A stretch of DNA of 64,000 nt. Source: an uncultured delta proteobacterium (GTDB lineage: Bacteria > Myxococcota > Myxococcia > Myxococcales > Myxococcaceae). The stretch is taken from contig CAVZMH010000017.1 of assembly GCA_963776345.1 (NCBI GenBank), forward strand, positions 257,186-321,185, written 5' to 3'. Positions within the stretch are counted from its first letter, which is position 1. The number at the start of each line of letters is the position of its first letter. Made by a program: the position numbers and the translations under genes. The notes under the pieces are model-generated. The model made no database searches, was not told the origin of the DNA, and was given only the letters and a program-made list of their open reading frames with translations. This document shows, one piece after another, positions 22,105 to 32,841 of this stretch.

Positions 22105-24024
22105 ATGACGCGATTTCCTGGTCGTTCCTGCTTCCTGCTTCTCTCTCTCGCGCTCGCAGCCTGCGGCTCCTCGGGGGGCGGCACCCCCGATGCGGGCAAC
22201 GTGCTCCCCGATTCAGGCGTTCCGGATTCGGGCGTTCCCGACGGGGGCGCCGGCGCCTTCTCCATCGGCGGGCTGGTCACCGACGTGGGCACCGGCACAG
22301 GCGTGGCCGGAGCCCAGGTGACCGGCGGGGGCAAGAGCACCACCACCGACGCGCAGGGGCAGTTCACCCTGGAGGCCCTGCCGGCGGGCGACGTCCAGCT
22401 GACGGTCGCCAAGTCGGGCTACGCGCCCGGCTACGCCACCGGGAAGTCCAGCGGCGCTCCGGGCCCGGTGCTGGTCACCCTCAAGAAGCAGGGCGCGCTC
22501 AACACCTATGATCCACGGACGGCACTCACCCTGAGCGAGCGCACCGAGGCCGGGCCCTACGCGCTCCTCCTCGAGGCGGACACCCTGGACACGAGCGAGA
22601 CCAGCCTGACGATCGCCATCACCCCGGTCGACCCCACCAAGGAGAGCCAGGCTCTTCCCGGGAGTCTCGTCTCCGGTGGGTCGACCCCGGGAGTCCTGCT
22701 GCCGGTGACCTTCGCCGAGTTCACGCTCCTCGACTCGACCGGGAGGCGGATCAACCTCAAGTCGTCGGCCAGCGCGACGGTGGAGCTCCCCATCCCGCCA
22801 TCGCTCCGCGCGACGTACCCCGCCGGCACGAAGATCCACTGCTACGCGTACGATCCGAGCACCGGGAAGTGGGAGGACTTCGTCGAGGGCACGGTGCGCA
22901 CCTCGAGCGTCGACTCCGTCACCCCCGTCCTCGCCGCGGCCATCCGGCACTTCTCCTGGTACGGCGCGGCCCCCCAGGGCAACGACTGCGCGGACGTCTA
23001 CGTCAGCGTGGTGAGCGCCGTGGACGGCAAGCCGCTCCCCAACGCCCGCGTCGAGGCCTCGCCCGGAACCGCCGCCTACACCGACCTGAGCGGGAGCGCC
23101 CGGGTCATCGCCGCCATCGGGAACGGGAGCTCGACGTACACCGCGTACCAGACGGGTTTCGACGTCGACGGTTCGCTCACCGGCATGCCCGGCGCGAAGT
23201 ACATCGAGTTCGGGAAGGTCGAGGAGGAGCTGGTCGGACTGGTCCCGAGGCCCTGCTCCGGCGCGCCGCTCACCGCATCGACGGGGTCCGCCGCGCTCCG
23301 CGGCAGCCAGGGCGAGCCGCTGGTCATCAAGGTGGGCGTGGTGACGAACTTGCTCTACCGCGCCACGGCCGTCATCGCCTCGACGGGCGGAGGCTCGGTC
23401 ACCGTCGTCCTGGAGGCGGGAGTTCCCGGCCCGGACGGGGACCTGACCAATCCGCTCCCCGCCTCGGGGGCGAAGATCACCATCGCCGAGCCCGGGGGGA
23501 CGCCGGTGGCCCTCGTCGAGCTCTCGGCGGGGACCGGCGCCTACTTCCTCTCGGGCGGCCTGGCCATCACCCCGGGCAAGACCTACACCCTGTCCATCGA
23601 CGCCGACGGGAACGGGAGCATCGACGGCACCGGGCGCGCGGTCGCCGTGGGAGATCTGGCGTGGACCAGCCCGCTCGACGGGTCGACGGTGTCCGCGGCG
23701 GGCCTCACCGCCAGCTGGACTGACACCGGCACCGCCCAGGCGGCCGCAGGCTACGCGCCGGTGTACGTGGTCTCGCTCTTCTCGAGCACGTCCGGGGATG
23801 CGGCGAGCTACATCGGGACCGAACGTCAGTTCTCCGCGCTGAGCGTCAGCACGGGCGCGGCGCTCAGCCCGGGAACCTACGTCGGCTCGCTCCTGGGCTT
23901 CGGCGGAGCGTTCGGCCAGACCGGCGCCTCGGTGCAGGTCTCGAACAACATCACCGGGGCCGGGGTGACGGGGCTGTTCTACAGCCTGGGCTCGGCATCC
24001 ACGATCACCTTCACCCTCCAGTAG
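22105..24024 (+). CDS. Large lipoprotein: carboxypeptidase-regulatory-like domain, ZU5-like region and beta-rich C-terminus
   Basis: Lipobox LALAAC; PDAG/PDSGV linker repeats; 'TTTDAQGQFTL..LTVAKSGY'; 'YAYDPSTGKWE..AAIRHFSWY'. Confidence 0.8.
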   Translation: MTRFPGRSCFLLLSLALAACGSSGGGTPDAGNVLPDSGVPDSGVPDGGAGAFSIGGLVTDVGTGTGVAGAQVTGGGKSTTTDAQGQFTLEALPAGDVQLTVAKSGYAPGYATGKSSGAPGPVLVTLKKQGALNTYDPRTALTLSERTEAGPYALLLEADTLDTSETSLTIAITPVDPTKESQALPGSLVSGGSTPGVLLPVTFAEFTLLDSTGRRINLKSSASATVELPIPPSLRATYPAGTKIHCYAYDPSTGKWEDFVEGTVRTSSVDSVTPVLAAAIRHFSWYGAAPQGNDCADVYVSVVSAVDGKPLPNARVEASPGTAAYTDLSGSARVIAAIGNGSSTYTAYQTGFDVDGSLTGMPGAKYIEFGKVEEELVGLVPRPCSGAPLTASTGSAALRGSQGEPLVIKVGVVTNLLYRATAVIASTGGGSVTVVLEAGVPGPDGDLTNPLPASGAKITIAEPGGTPVALVELSAGTGAYFLSGGLAITPGKTYTLSIDADGNGSIDGTGRAVAVGDLAWTSPLDGSTVSAAGLTASWTDTGTAQAAAGYAPVYVVSLFSSTSGDAASYIGTERQFSALSVSTGAALSPGTYVGSLLGFGGAFGQTGASVQVSNNITGAGVTGLFYSLGSASTITFTLQ

Positions 24025-24048
24025 CGGCGCAGGCGGCTGCGGCGCTGC

Positions 24049-25446
24049 TCAGGGGCTTCCGGCGGCGAGCGGGACAATCTCCCGCCCGGACACCCGGAGG
24101 AACCGCCACACCAGCGCCGCGGCCACCGCGGTGAGCCCGGCGCAGAGCCCCCACCAGATGCCCAGGACACCCCAGCGCATCGAGAACCCGAGGAAGAGCG
24201 CGAGCGGGAGACCGATGAGGTAGTGCCCGAGGACGTTGGCGGTGAAGGTGAAGCGGCTGTCGCCCGCGCCGCGCAGCACGCCGGCGCCCACGCCCTGCAG
24301 CCCGTCCGAGACCTGGAACACCGCCGCCACCGTGAAGAGCGGAATGGCCAGCGCGGCGATGGCTGGCGCATTTGTCATCAGGGCGACGAGCGGCCCGGGG
24401 ATGAGCAGGTAGGTGAGCGCGGCGCAGCCCATGAATCCGGCCCCGGCGGCCAGCGCCAGGAGCCCGGCCCGCCGTGCCCCCGGCGTGTCGCGCGCCCCCA
24501 CCGCCAGCCCCACCCGCACGCTCCCCGCGTTGCCGATGCCCATGGCGAAGGTGAAGGTCACCGAGGAGAAGGTCAGGGCGATCTGGTGCGCGGCGAGGCT
24601 CTCCGCCCCCAGCCGCCCGGCGAGGAACCCGGCCAGGGCGAAGACCCCCACCTCGGCCCCGAAGTGCAGCCCGATGGGCACGCCGACCCGGAGGATGCGC
24701 CGCTCGTCGTCGGGCAGGCGGCGATGGAGGTCGGCCGGGCGCTCGGGGATCGGCACCTGCCGGACCACCCAGGCGAGGAACGCCACCTCGCACCACTGGA
24801 CGAGCGTGGTCGCCAGCGCCGAGCCGCCCGCGCCCATCGGCGGAATCCACCGCAGCGGGCCGGTCCACGCCGGAAGCCTCGCGCCGCCGAAGACCAGGAG
24901 CAGGTCTCCGAGCAGGTTCACCACGTTGGCCAGCACCGTCGCCCAGACCAGCGCCCGCGCTGCTCCCACCGCCTGGGTGTAGCTGCGCTGGGCGTAGAAG
25001 ACGAGCAGCGCGGCGATGCCGGGCAGCCGCCACCACACGAACTCGCGAGCGGCCCGGGCCACGTCCGGCGAGATCCCGAACGGCTCGAGGAGGTACACCA
25101 GCCCGAGCGTGGGGAGCAGGAGCACCAGGCTCGCCGCCACCGCCACCCGCAGCGCCTGCCAGTACAGCCGCCTCGCGCGCACCGGTTCGCGGGCGCCCAG
25201 CGCCTGGCTGATCAGCGGGTCCACCCCCATCAGCGTGCCGATGCCGACGATGCACACGGTGAAGACCACCGCGTTGCCCAGCGCGACTCCGGCCAGCTGG
25301 ACTGCCCCCGCGCGCCCGACGACGGCGGTGTCCACCAGCCCCATCAGCGCCTGACCCGCCTGGGCGAAGGCGAGCGGCAGCGCCAGGCGCACCAGGATGC
25401 GGAGCTCGTCGCGCGAACGCGCGGGAATGAGGGAGGAAGGCGACAC
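24049..25446 (-). CDS. MATE-family efflux transporter
   Basis: 'GLVDTAVVGR', 'LAAHQIAL', 'FQVSDGLQGVGAGVLRGAGD'; about 12 TM segments. Confidence 0.92.
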   Translation of the reverse strand: MSPSSLIPARSRDELRILVRLALPLAFAQAGQALMGLVDTAVVGRAGAVQLAGVALGNAVVFTVCIVGIGTLMGVDPLISQALGAREPVRARRLYWQALRVAVAASLVLLLPTLGLVYLLEPFGISPDVARAAREFVWWRLPGIAALLVFYAQRSYTQAVGAARALVWATVLANVVNLLGDLLLVFGGARLPAWTGPLRWIPPMGAGGSALATTLVQWCEVAFLAWVVRQVPIPERPADLHRRLPDDERRILRVGVPIGLHFGAEVGVFALAGFLAGRLGAESLAAHQIALTFSSVTFTFAMGIGNAGSVRVGLAVGARDTPGARRAGLLALAAGAGFMGCAALTYLLIPGPLVALMTNAPAIAALAIPLFTVAAVFQVSDGLQGVGAGVLRGAGDSRFTFTANVLGHYLIGLPLALFLGFSMRWGVLGIWWGLCAGLTAVAAALVWRFLRVSGREIVPLAAGSP

Positions 25447-25523
25447 GGCGGTCGCTCTCTTGATTCAAGGGCGCCCGGTTGTCCACTTGCCCTGGCCTGT
25501 ACGGCCCTCCGAGACTCCACGGT

Positions 25524-26129
25524 GTGACCGCGTCCCCGATCGAGTTCTGGTTCGACCTCGCCAGCCCCTACTCGGCGCTGGCCGCGCTCCGCATCGCCGA
25601 TGTCGCCGCGGGGCTCGACGTCCGCTGGCAGCCGTTCCTGCTCGGGCCCATCTTCCAGGCGCAGGGCTGGAACGACTCGCCGTTCAATCTCTTTCCCGCC
25701 AAGGGCCGCTGGATGTGGCGCGACGTGCCCCGCCGCGCCGCGCGCCGCGGCCTGGCCTTTCGCCAGCCGAGCCGCTTTCCCCGGCACTCGGTGCTCGCCA
25801 ACCGGGTGGCGCTGGCCGCGCTCGCCGAGGGCTGGGGCGAGGACTGCGTCCGGGCGATGTACCGCGCGGAGTTCGCCGAGGACGCGGACATCGCGGACCC
25901 GGCAGTGATGGCCGGCATCGTCGCCCGGCTCGGGCGGGACGGGAGCGCCGTGGTGTCGCGGGCCCAGGTCCAGCCCATCAAGGACGCGCTCCGGGCTGCC
26001 ACCGAGCAGGCTGCCCTTCAGGGCATCTTCGGCGCCCCCACCTTCCTCGTGGCGGGCGAGCTCTTCTGGGGCGACGACCGGCTGGAGGACGCCGTGGCCT
26101 GGGCGAGGGGCGAACGCGGTCCAGGCTGA
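25524..26129 (+). CDS. 2-hydroxychromene-2-carboxylate isomerase / GST-kappa (DsbA-like) protein
   Basis: 'IEFWFDLASPYS', 'PFLLGPIF', 'GIFGAPTF..GELFWGDDRL'. Confidence 0.88.
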   Translation: MTASPIEFWFDLASPYSALAALRIADVAAGLDVRWQPFLLGPIFQAQGWNDSPFNLFPAKGRWMWRDVPRRAARRGLAFRQPSRFPRHSVLANRVALAALAEGWGEDCVRAMYRAEFAEDADIADPAVMAGIVARLGRDGSAVVSRAQVQPIKDALRAATEQAALQGIFGAPTFLVAGELFWGDDRLEDAVAWARGERGPG

Positions 26130-26244
26130 GCCCGATCGGCGCCGGCGCATCCCTGCGCAGGCTCCACAGGCGTCCCCCTGGTGCGGGGGGCTGATCCGCC
26201 CGGGTGGTGCGCCCGCGGTCGCCCTGGGCTATGGCAGCCGCGGC

Positions 26245-26655
26245 ATGCGCGGTCCCCGGAGCTCGACCGAGAAGGTCATCGCCTGCGCCGCCGGCGCGGT
26301 GGCGACCTGGTTTCTCACCATCGCAGTGGGCTTCTCGCCCCGCTGGAACCTCCCCACCACCTCCGGCCAGGTGCTGTTCGAGGTGGCGTGGCTGTCCTTC
26401 CCCGGCATCGTGGTCGGAGCGTTCTGGGCAGCCCGCGGTCCGGGAGGACGCTTCCCGGTCTTCGCCGCGCTGGTCTCGGTAGCCGCGCTCGTCTGGTCAG
26501 CGCACACCTTCGACATCCAGGCCGACCCGCTGGCTGCACTGACCATCGTGTTCGCCCCTCTGTACGTGGCCTGTGTCGCGCTCGGGGGCATCGTCCTCAC
26601 CCTTGGGGCGGCCTACCTCCGTCGCCGGGTGGGGACGTCCAACGCTTCGCCTTGA
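26245..26655 (+). CDS. Hypothetical membrane protein (about 4 TM)
   Basis: ORF fills the gap; four hydrophobic segments. Confidence 0.5.
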   Translation: MRGPRSSTEKVIACAAGAVATWFLTIAVGFSPRWNLPTTSGQVLFEVAWLSFPGIVVGAFWAARGPGGRFPVFAALVSVAALVWSAHTFDIQADPLAALTIVFAPLYVACVALGGIVLTLGAAYLRRRVGTSNASP

Positions 26656-26716
26656 CCGTCCTCGGACTGTCCACCTACAAGACCGCGGCTTGCCTCCAAG
26701 TCGTCCCGAGGTCCCC

Positions 26717-27928
26717 ATGCGCTCCGCCCTGGCCGCAGTTCTGACGAGCTGTGCCCTCGCCCTGGTCGCCTGCGAGAAGAAGGCTTCCGCTCCTCCGGCG
26801 CCCCCCGCGCCGGCCCCGGGCGGCGGCACCGCGACCGCGTCCGCCGGCGGGGGCACTCCGGGCGTCACCGGAGACACCATCCTCATCGGCGAGGTCGGGT
26901 CTCTCACCGGTTCCGAGGCCACCTTCGGCATCTCCACCCGGAACGCCATCGAGCTGGCCATCAAGGAGGCGAACGCCGCCGGCGGAGTGAAGGGCAGGAA
27001 GATCGAGATCCGGGTCTACGACAACCAGAGCAAGCCCGAGGAGGCGGCGAACGCGGCCACCCGGCTCATCAACCAGGACCAGGTGCTGCTGATCCTCGGC
27101 GAGGTGGCGAGCACCAACTCCATCGCCATGGCCACCAAGGCGCAGCCGGCGAAGGTGCCGATGATCTCCAACGCCTCCACCAATCCCAAGGTGACCGAGA
27201 TCGGCGACTACATCTTCCGGGTCTGCTTCATCGACCCCTTCCAGGGCTACGTGATGGCGAAGTTCGCCCACGACAACCTCAAGTTCACCAAGGTGGCGGT
27301 GCTCCGTGACCTCGGCTCCGACTACAGCCAGGGCCTGGCCGACGTCTTCGAGCGCAAGTTCACCGAGATGGGCGGGAAGATCGTCGCCGGGGAGACCTAC
27401 ACCAAGGGCAGCACCGACTTCCGCAGCCAGCTCACCGCCATCAAGCGCTCGCAGCCGGACGGCATCTACATCCCCGGCTACTACAACGACATCGGGCTCA
27501 TCGCCCGGCAGGCCCGGGAGCTGGGCATCACCGCGAAGCTGATGGGCGGCGACGGCTGGGACAGCGAGAAGCTCTTCGAGCTCGGCGGCGCGGCGGTGGA
27601 GGGCAGCTACTTCAGCAACCACTACAGCCCCGACGACCCGAATCCCCGGATCCAGAAGTTCATCGCCGACTACAAGGCGGCATACGGCGGGGTGCCGGAC
27701 GCTCTGGCCGCCCTCGGCTACGACGCGGCGCTGGTGGCGGTGGACGCGATGAAGCGTGCGCCAACCCTCGACCGGGCTGCCGTCCGCGACGCCATCGCCG
27801 CGACCAAGCACTTCGCCGGTGTCACCGGGACCATCACCCTCGACGACAAGCGCAACGCCACCAAGCCCGCGGTGGTCCTCGAGGTCGGCAAGGGCAAGAC
27901 CAAGTACGTGGCCACCATCGCCCCCTGA
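26717..27928 (+). CDS. livK: Branched-chain amino acid ABC transporter substrate-binding lipoprotein
   Basis: Lipobox ALVAC; 'NAAGGVKGRKIE', 'FRVCFIDPFQG', 'GGDGWDS'. Confidence 0.9.
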   Translation: MRSALAAVLTSCALALVACEKKASAPPAPPAPAPGGGTATASAGGGTPGVTGDTILIGEVGSLTGSEATFGISTRNAIELAIKEANAAGGVKGRKIEIRVYDNQSKPEEAANAATRLINQDQVLLILGEVASTNSIAMATKAQPAKVPMISNASTNPKVTEIGDYIFRVCFIDPFQGYVMAKFAHDNLKFTKVAVLRDLGSDYSQGLADVFERKFTEMGGKIVAGETYTKGSTDFRSQLTAIKRSQPDGIYIPGYYNDIGLIARQARELGITAKLMGGDGWDSEKLFELGGAAVEGSYFSNHYSPDDPNPRIQKFIADYKAAYGGVPDALAALGYDAALVAVDAMKRAPTLDRAAVRDAIAATKHFAGVTGTITLDDKRNATKPAVVLEVGKGKTKYVATIAP

Positions 27929-28848
27929 TGTCCGACTTCGCGCAGCACCTCATCAACGGGGTCGCCGCCGGCACCATCTACGCCCTGGTGGCCCTGGGCT
28001 ACACGATGGTCTACGGGGTGCTGAAGCTCATCAACTTCGCCCACGGCGACGTGATGATGGTCGGCACCTTCCTCGGTTACGGCGTGGCCCAGCAGCTCGG
28101 GGTCGCCAACCAGTCCACGCTCTGGGGCGTGCTCCTCATCTTCCTGGCGGCGATGGGCGGGTGCGCCGTCATCGGATTCCTCATCGAGCGCTTCGCGTAC
28201 CGTCCGCTCCGGGACAAGCCCCGGCTGACCGCGCTGATCACCGCCATCGGCATCTCCTTCACCCTGTCCTACGGGTTCCAGCTCGACTTCGGGCCGCTGC
28301 CGGGCGCCGCGCCGCGGGCCTTCCCGGAGGTCATCGCCCCTCGCGAGTGGCTGATCCTCGGTGACCGCGCGGTGGTCATCTGGAACTGGCAGGTCATCAG
28401 CCTGGCCATCGCCATCGGCCTGATGCTGATGCTGCAGGGGCTGGTCTACCGGACGCGGTTCGGCAGGGCGATGCGCGCCGTCTCCTTCGACCACCGGACG
28501 GCGGCGCTGATGGGCATCCCGGTGGACCGGATCATCGCCCTGACCTTCATGCTCGGGAGCGCGCTGGCCGCCGGGGCGGGCATCCTCTACGCGATCAAGG
28601 ACACGGCCATCCAGCCGCTGATGGGGCTCTACGTGGGCCTGAAGGCGTTCGTCGCCGCGGTCATCGGCGGCATCGGGAACGTGCCCGGCGCGGTGGTGGG
28701 GGGGCTCCTGCTCGGCCTGGTCGAGGAGTTCGTGGTGGGCTATTCCTCGAGCAGCTGGCGCGACGCGGTGGCCTTCGGCTTCCTGATCATCGTCCTGCTC
28801 GTCCGGCCGGGAGGGCTGTTCGGCCGCGTGACGGCGGAGAAGGTCTAG
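27928..28848 (+). CDS. livH: Branched-chain amino acid ABC permease
   Basis: 'YALVALGYTMVYGVLKLINFAHG', 'KAFVAAVIGGIG'. Confidence 0.93.
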   Translation: MSDFAQHLINGVAAGTIYALVALGYTMVYGVLKLINFAHGDVMMVGTFLGYGVAQQLGVANQSTLWGVLLIFLAAMGGCAVIGFLIERFAYRPLRDKPRLTALITAIGISFTLSYGFQLDFGPLPGAAPRAFPEVIAPREWLILGDRAVVIWNWQVISLAIAIGLMLMLQGLVYRTRFGRAMRAVSFDHRTAALMGIPVDRIIALTFMLGSALAAGAGILYAIKDTAIQPLMGLYVGLKAFVAAVIGGIGNVPGAVVGGLLLGLVEEFVVGYSSSSWRDAVAFGFLIIVLLVRPGGLFGRVTAEKV

Positions 28849-28851
28849 CGC

Positions 28852-29870
28852 ATGCCGGCCGGACTCCGGGGCATCCTTCCTGTCTTGGTGGCCATCGCGG
28901 TGCTGGCCGTGCTGCAGCTCCTGCTCGGCGGAGCGCCGTTCTTCGTCTACCTGGCCTCCATCGTCGGGGTGAACGTCATCCTCGCGGTGTCGCTGAACAT
29001 CGTGAACGGCATGACCGGCCAGTTCTCCATCGGCCACGCCGGGTTCATGGCCGTGGGGGCGTACACCGCCGGGAAGCTGAGCCTGGTGATCAAGGACGTG
29101 GCCATCTCCGGCCTCCCCACGGTGGTCTCGGACCAGGTGCAGTTCCTGGGGACGCTGCTCGCCGGCGGGGTGGCGGCGGCGCTCTGCGGATTCGTGGTGG
29201 GGCTGCCCTCGCTGCGGCTCCGCGGCGACTACCTGGCCATCGTCACCCTGGGCTTCGGGGAGATCATCCGGGTGGTGGTGCAGAACCTGGACCTGTTCGG
29301 GCGGGCGCTCGGGCTCTCCGGCATCCCGCAGACCTCGAGCCTGTTCGCGGTCTGGTTCTGCGTCTTCCTGGTGGTGCTGGTGGCGCGGCGCATCGTCGGA
29401 AGCACGCACGGCCGGAGCCTCTGGGCCATCCGCGAGGACGAGGTGGCGGCCGAGGCGATGGGGGTAGACACCACGGGGTACAAGGTCCGGGCGTTCGTCA
29501 TCTCCTCGTTCTTCGCCGGGGTGGCCGGCGGGCTGTTCGCCCACTTCGTGCCGATCATCAACCCGGGCTCGTTCACCTTCGTGAAGAGCATCGAGGTGGT
29601 GGTGATGGTGGTCGCCGGGGGGCTGGGCAGCACCACCGGAGCCATCGTCGCCGCGGTCTTCCTGACGCTCCTCCCCGAGGCGCTCCGGACGCTGTTCCTC
29701 CACGTCGGCGCCGGGGCCTCGCTGGCCCAGAAGGTCGATCAGATCCGGATGCCGATCTACGGCATCCTCCTGGTTCTCCTGATGCTGGTCCGCCCCCAGG
29801 GCCTGTTCGGCACTCGGGAGATCTGGGACGTGCTGCCCCGGTGGATCCCCCGCGCGCGGAAGGGCGTGAC

Positions 29871-29874
<4 letters not shown>
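28852..29874 (+). CDS. livM: Branched-chain amino acid ABC permease
   Basis: 'GQFSIGHAGFMAVGAY', 'LRLRGDYLAIVTLGFGE', 'AIREDEVAA'. Confidence 0.93.
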
Positions 29875-30793
<919 letters not shown>

Positions 30794-30797
<4 letters not shown>

Positions 30798-31543
30798 GCG
30801 CGCCGGCGATGCTCGGGACGCGCGAGGCCCGGCCGCAGCTGCTCGAGGTGCAGGATCTTCACCTGTCCTATGGCGCCATCACCGCCCTGCGCGGGGTGTC
30901 GCTCGGCGTGGGGCAGGGCGAGGTGGTGGCGCTCATCGGAGCGAACGGGGCGGGGAAGACCAGCACCCTGCGCGCCATCTCCGGGATGCTCAAGCCGCGG
31001 TCCGGCCGCATCCGGCTCGGGACGCAGGAGATCCAGGGGCTGAGGTCGAACCTCCTCGTCCCCAGGGGGATGGCCCACGCGCCCGAGGGGCGGGGCATCT
31101 TCCTCAACCTCACCGTGCTGGAAAATCTGGAATTGGGCGCGTACCTGCGTCGTGACGCGGCCGAGATCAAGCAGGACCTCGAGTACGTCTTCGGGCTCTT
31201 CCCCCGGCTGCGGGAGCGGACCAAGCAGCCGGGGGGGACGCTGTCCGGCGGCGAGCAGCAGATGCTCTCCATCAGCCGGGCGCTGATGAGCCGGCCCAAG
31301 CTGCTGCTGCTCGACGAGCCGTCGCTGGGGCTCGCGCCTCAGGTGGTGGAGACCATCTTCCGCATCCTCCGCGAGGTGAACGCGCGCGGGGTGAGCATCC
31401 TCCTGGTGGAGCAGAACGCGCATCTCGCCCTCAACCTCGCCCACTACGGCTACGTGCTGGAGACCGGCGAGGTCGTCATGCAGGGCCAGGGCAAGGCGCT
31501 CCTCGCCGCGCCGGAGATCCGCAAGGCCTACCTCGGCGAGTGA
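30794..31543 (+). CDS. livF: Branched-chain amino acid ABC ATPase
   Basis: GANGAGKT, PEGRGIF, LSGGEQQML, LLDEPSLGL, VEQN. Confidence 0.93.
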
Positions 31544-31569
31544 GCGGTCTCACGAGACGCCGAAGACCT

Positions 31570-31668
31570 ACTGACCCCTGAGACGACTGCGCCCACCGCC
31601 GCCCAACAGGGCGGAGTGGGCGCGCGCCGGCGGAGGATGCCGGCGCCCGGTGAACCGAGGGGGTCAGT
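31570..31668. other. Multi-stem inverted-repeat structure between convergent livF and hsp20 (terminator or candidate ncRNA)
   Basis: ACTGACCCC/GGGGTCAGT closing stem enclosing GCGCCCAC/GTGGGCGC, CCGCCC/GGGCGG and GCGCCGGC/GCCGGCGC. Confidence 0.5.
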
Positions 31669-31716
31669 TCCCCCGCACCCTCGCGGAGGCGCCGAGCAGC
31701 GCGCCGCCGACGGGGC

Positions 31717-32158
31717 TCAGTTCACCTTGACGTTGATGCTCTTCGGCTTCGCCTCGGCCCGCTTCGGGACGAAGATGCGCAGCACGCCATTCTTGTGCTC
31801 GGCGGTCACCTTGCCCGGGTCCAGGGTCGGGGGGAGGGTGAAGCTGCGGGCGAACGTGCCGTAGGCGCGCTCGATCCGGTGATAGCCCTCACGCTTGTCC
31901 TCCCGCTCGAGCTTCCGCTCGCCACGGATGGTCAGGGTGCCGTCCTCCAGCCGGACGTCCACGTCCTTCCCGTCGAATCTCGGGGAGGTCGAACTTGAAG
32001 GTCACGCCCTCGGCGTCCTCGAAGACGTCGACGGCGGGGGTCCAGCCGAAGGTCTCGGTGTTCCGGGGGAGGCCCAGGTTGGTGTCGAACAGCCGACTCA
32101 CCTCGTCCTGCAGCCGCGCGTAGTCACGCGCAGGGTTCCAGCGCTGAATGGTGCTCAT
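31717..32158 (-). pseudogene. Small heat-shock protein Hsp20 with a +1 frameshift near 31977 (probably a sequencing error)
   Basis: 'WTPAVDVFED..FDLPEI' then 'DVRLEDGTLTIRGERK..RIERAYGTFARSFTLP..NGVL'; GAG ATT CGA would read GAG ATC GAC without one T; AGGAG RBS. Confidence 0.85.
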
Positions 32159-32190
32159 GTGTTTGCTCCTGCTCTTTCCAAAGCGCACCC

Positions 32191-32218
32191 AACGTAAGGC
32201 GGCGATCAGGACCGTCAA
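32191..32218 (-). promoter_or_regulatory. Putative sigma70-type promoter of hsp20
   Basis: Minus strand TTGACG-N16-TACGTT upstream of the RBS. Confidence 0.35.
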
Positions 32219-32256
32219 GGCCGGCGGCGCGTTCACTTCCAACGGAAACGAGGGGT

Positions 32257-32817
32257 TCAGCCGGGGAGCGCCCAGCGCTCGAGCTCGGCGTGCACCGCAC
32301 CGGTGGACAGCGTCTCGCTCCGCACCAGCGCCACGTCCCGGAGCACGAAGCCCCCGTCGAGCGCATGCCCCAGCGCCGCCCGGCAGCGACCGAGCAGGAC
32401 GTCCCCGTGCGCCGAGCGGGCGCGGGCCACCGTGAGATGCGGGCGGAACGGGCGTTCCGGCTCGAGCTGAACCAGCGTCTCCACGGCCCGGCGGGCATCG
32501 GTGGCCAGTGCCTGCAGCGCCTCGACCTCGCCGGCGAGCGTGGCCGCCAGCACCCGCGGGGAGCGCGGAGGTCCGAACGTCTCCACCCCCGACAGGGTGA
32601 GCGAGATCGCGCGGTGACGCCGGCACACCCCGGCGAAGGTCTCCCGGAGCGCAGGCACGGTCGGGTCCGGCACCGAGCCGAGGAACACCAGCGTCAGGTG
32701 CAGGCTCCCGGGCGGGAGCCACCGGGCCTGGGGTGTGGCCGCGCGCACCGGCTCGAGCTGAGCGTGCAGGGTCTCCTTGATCGCATCCGGGACCAGGCCG
32801 GCGAGGAACAGGCGCAC
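32257..32817 (-). CDS. thpR: RNA 2',3'-cyclic phosphodiesterase (2H family)
   Basis: Two HxT motifs 'LHLTLVFLG' and 'FRPHLTVAR'; starts 'RLFLA'. Confidence 0.88.
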   Translation of the reverse strand: MRLFLAGLVPDAIKETLHAQLEPVRAATPQARWLPPGSLHLTLVFLGSVPDPTVPALRETFAGVCRRHRAISLTLSGVETFGPPRSPRVLAATLAGEVEALQALATDARRAVETLVQLEPERPFRPHLTVARARSAHGDVLLGRCRAALGHALDGGFVLRDVALVRSETLSTGAVHAELERWALPG

Positions 32818-32841
32818 GTTCGCGGAGTGTACTCCCCGGGT

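Noticed and set aside
22186..22245. Short tandem repeats CC(C/G)GA(T/C)..GGC
   Set aside because: Coding PDAG/PDSGV linker repeats typical of myxobacterial lipoproteins, not a DNA-level element
26652..26681. TTGACC-N18-TACAAG as the liv promoter
   Set aside because: Weak -10 and long spacer; cannot be supported without TSS data
31560..31680. Possible tRNA (including tRNA-Sec), SRP RNA or TPP riboswitch
   Set aside because: No TTC-containing T-loop, CCA end, SRP GGAA/AGCAG motif or TPP core found on either strand
31960..31990. Programmed frameshift in hsp20
   Set aside because: No slippery heptamer or homopolymer tract; a single extra T fits the window-wide +1 error pattern
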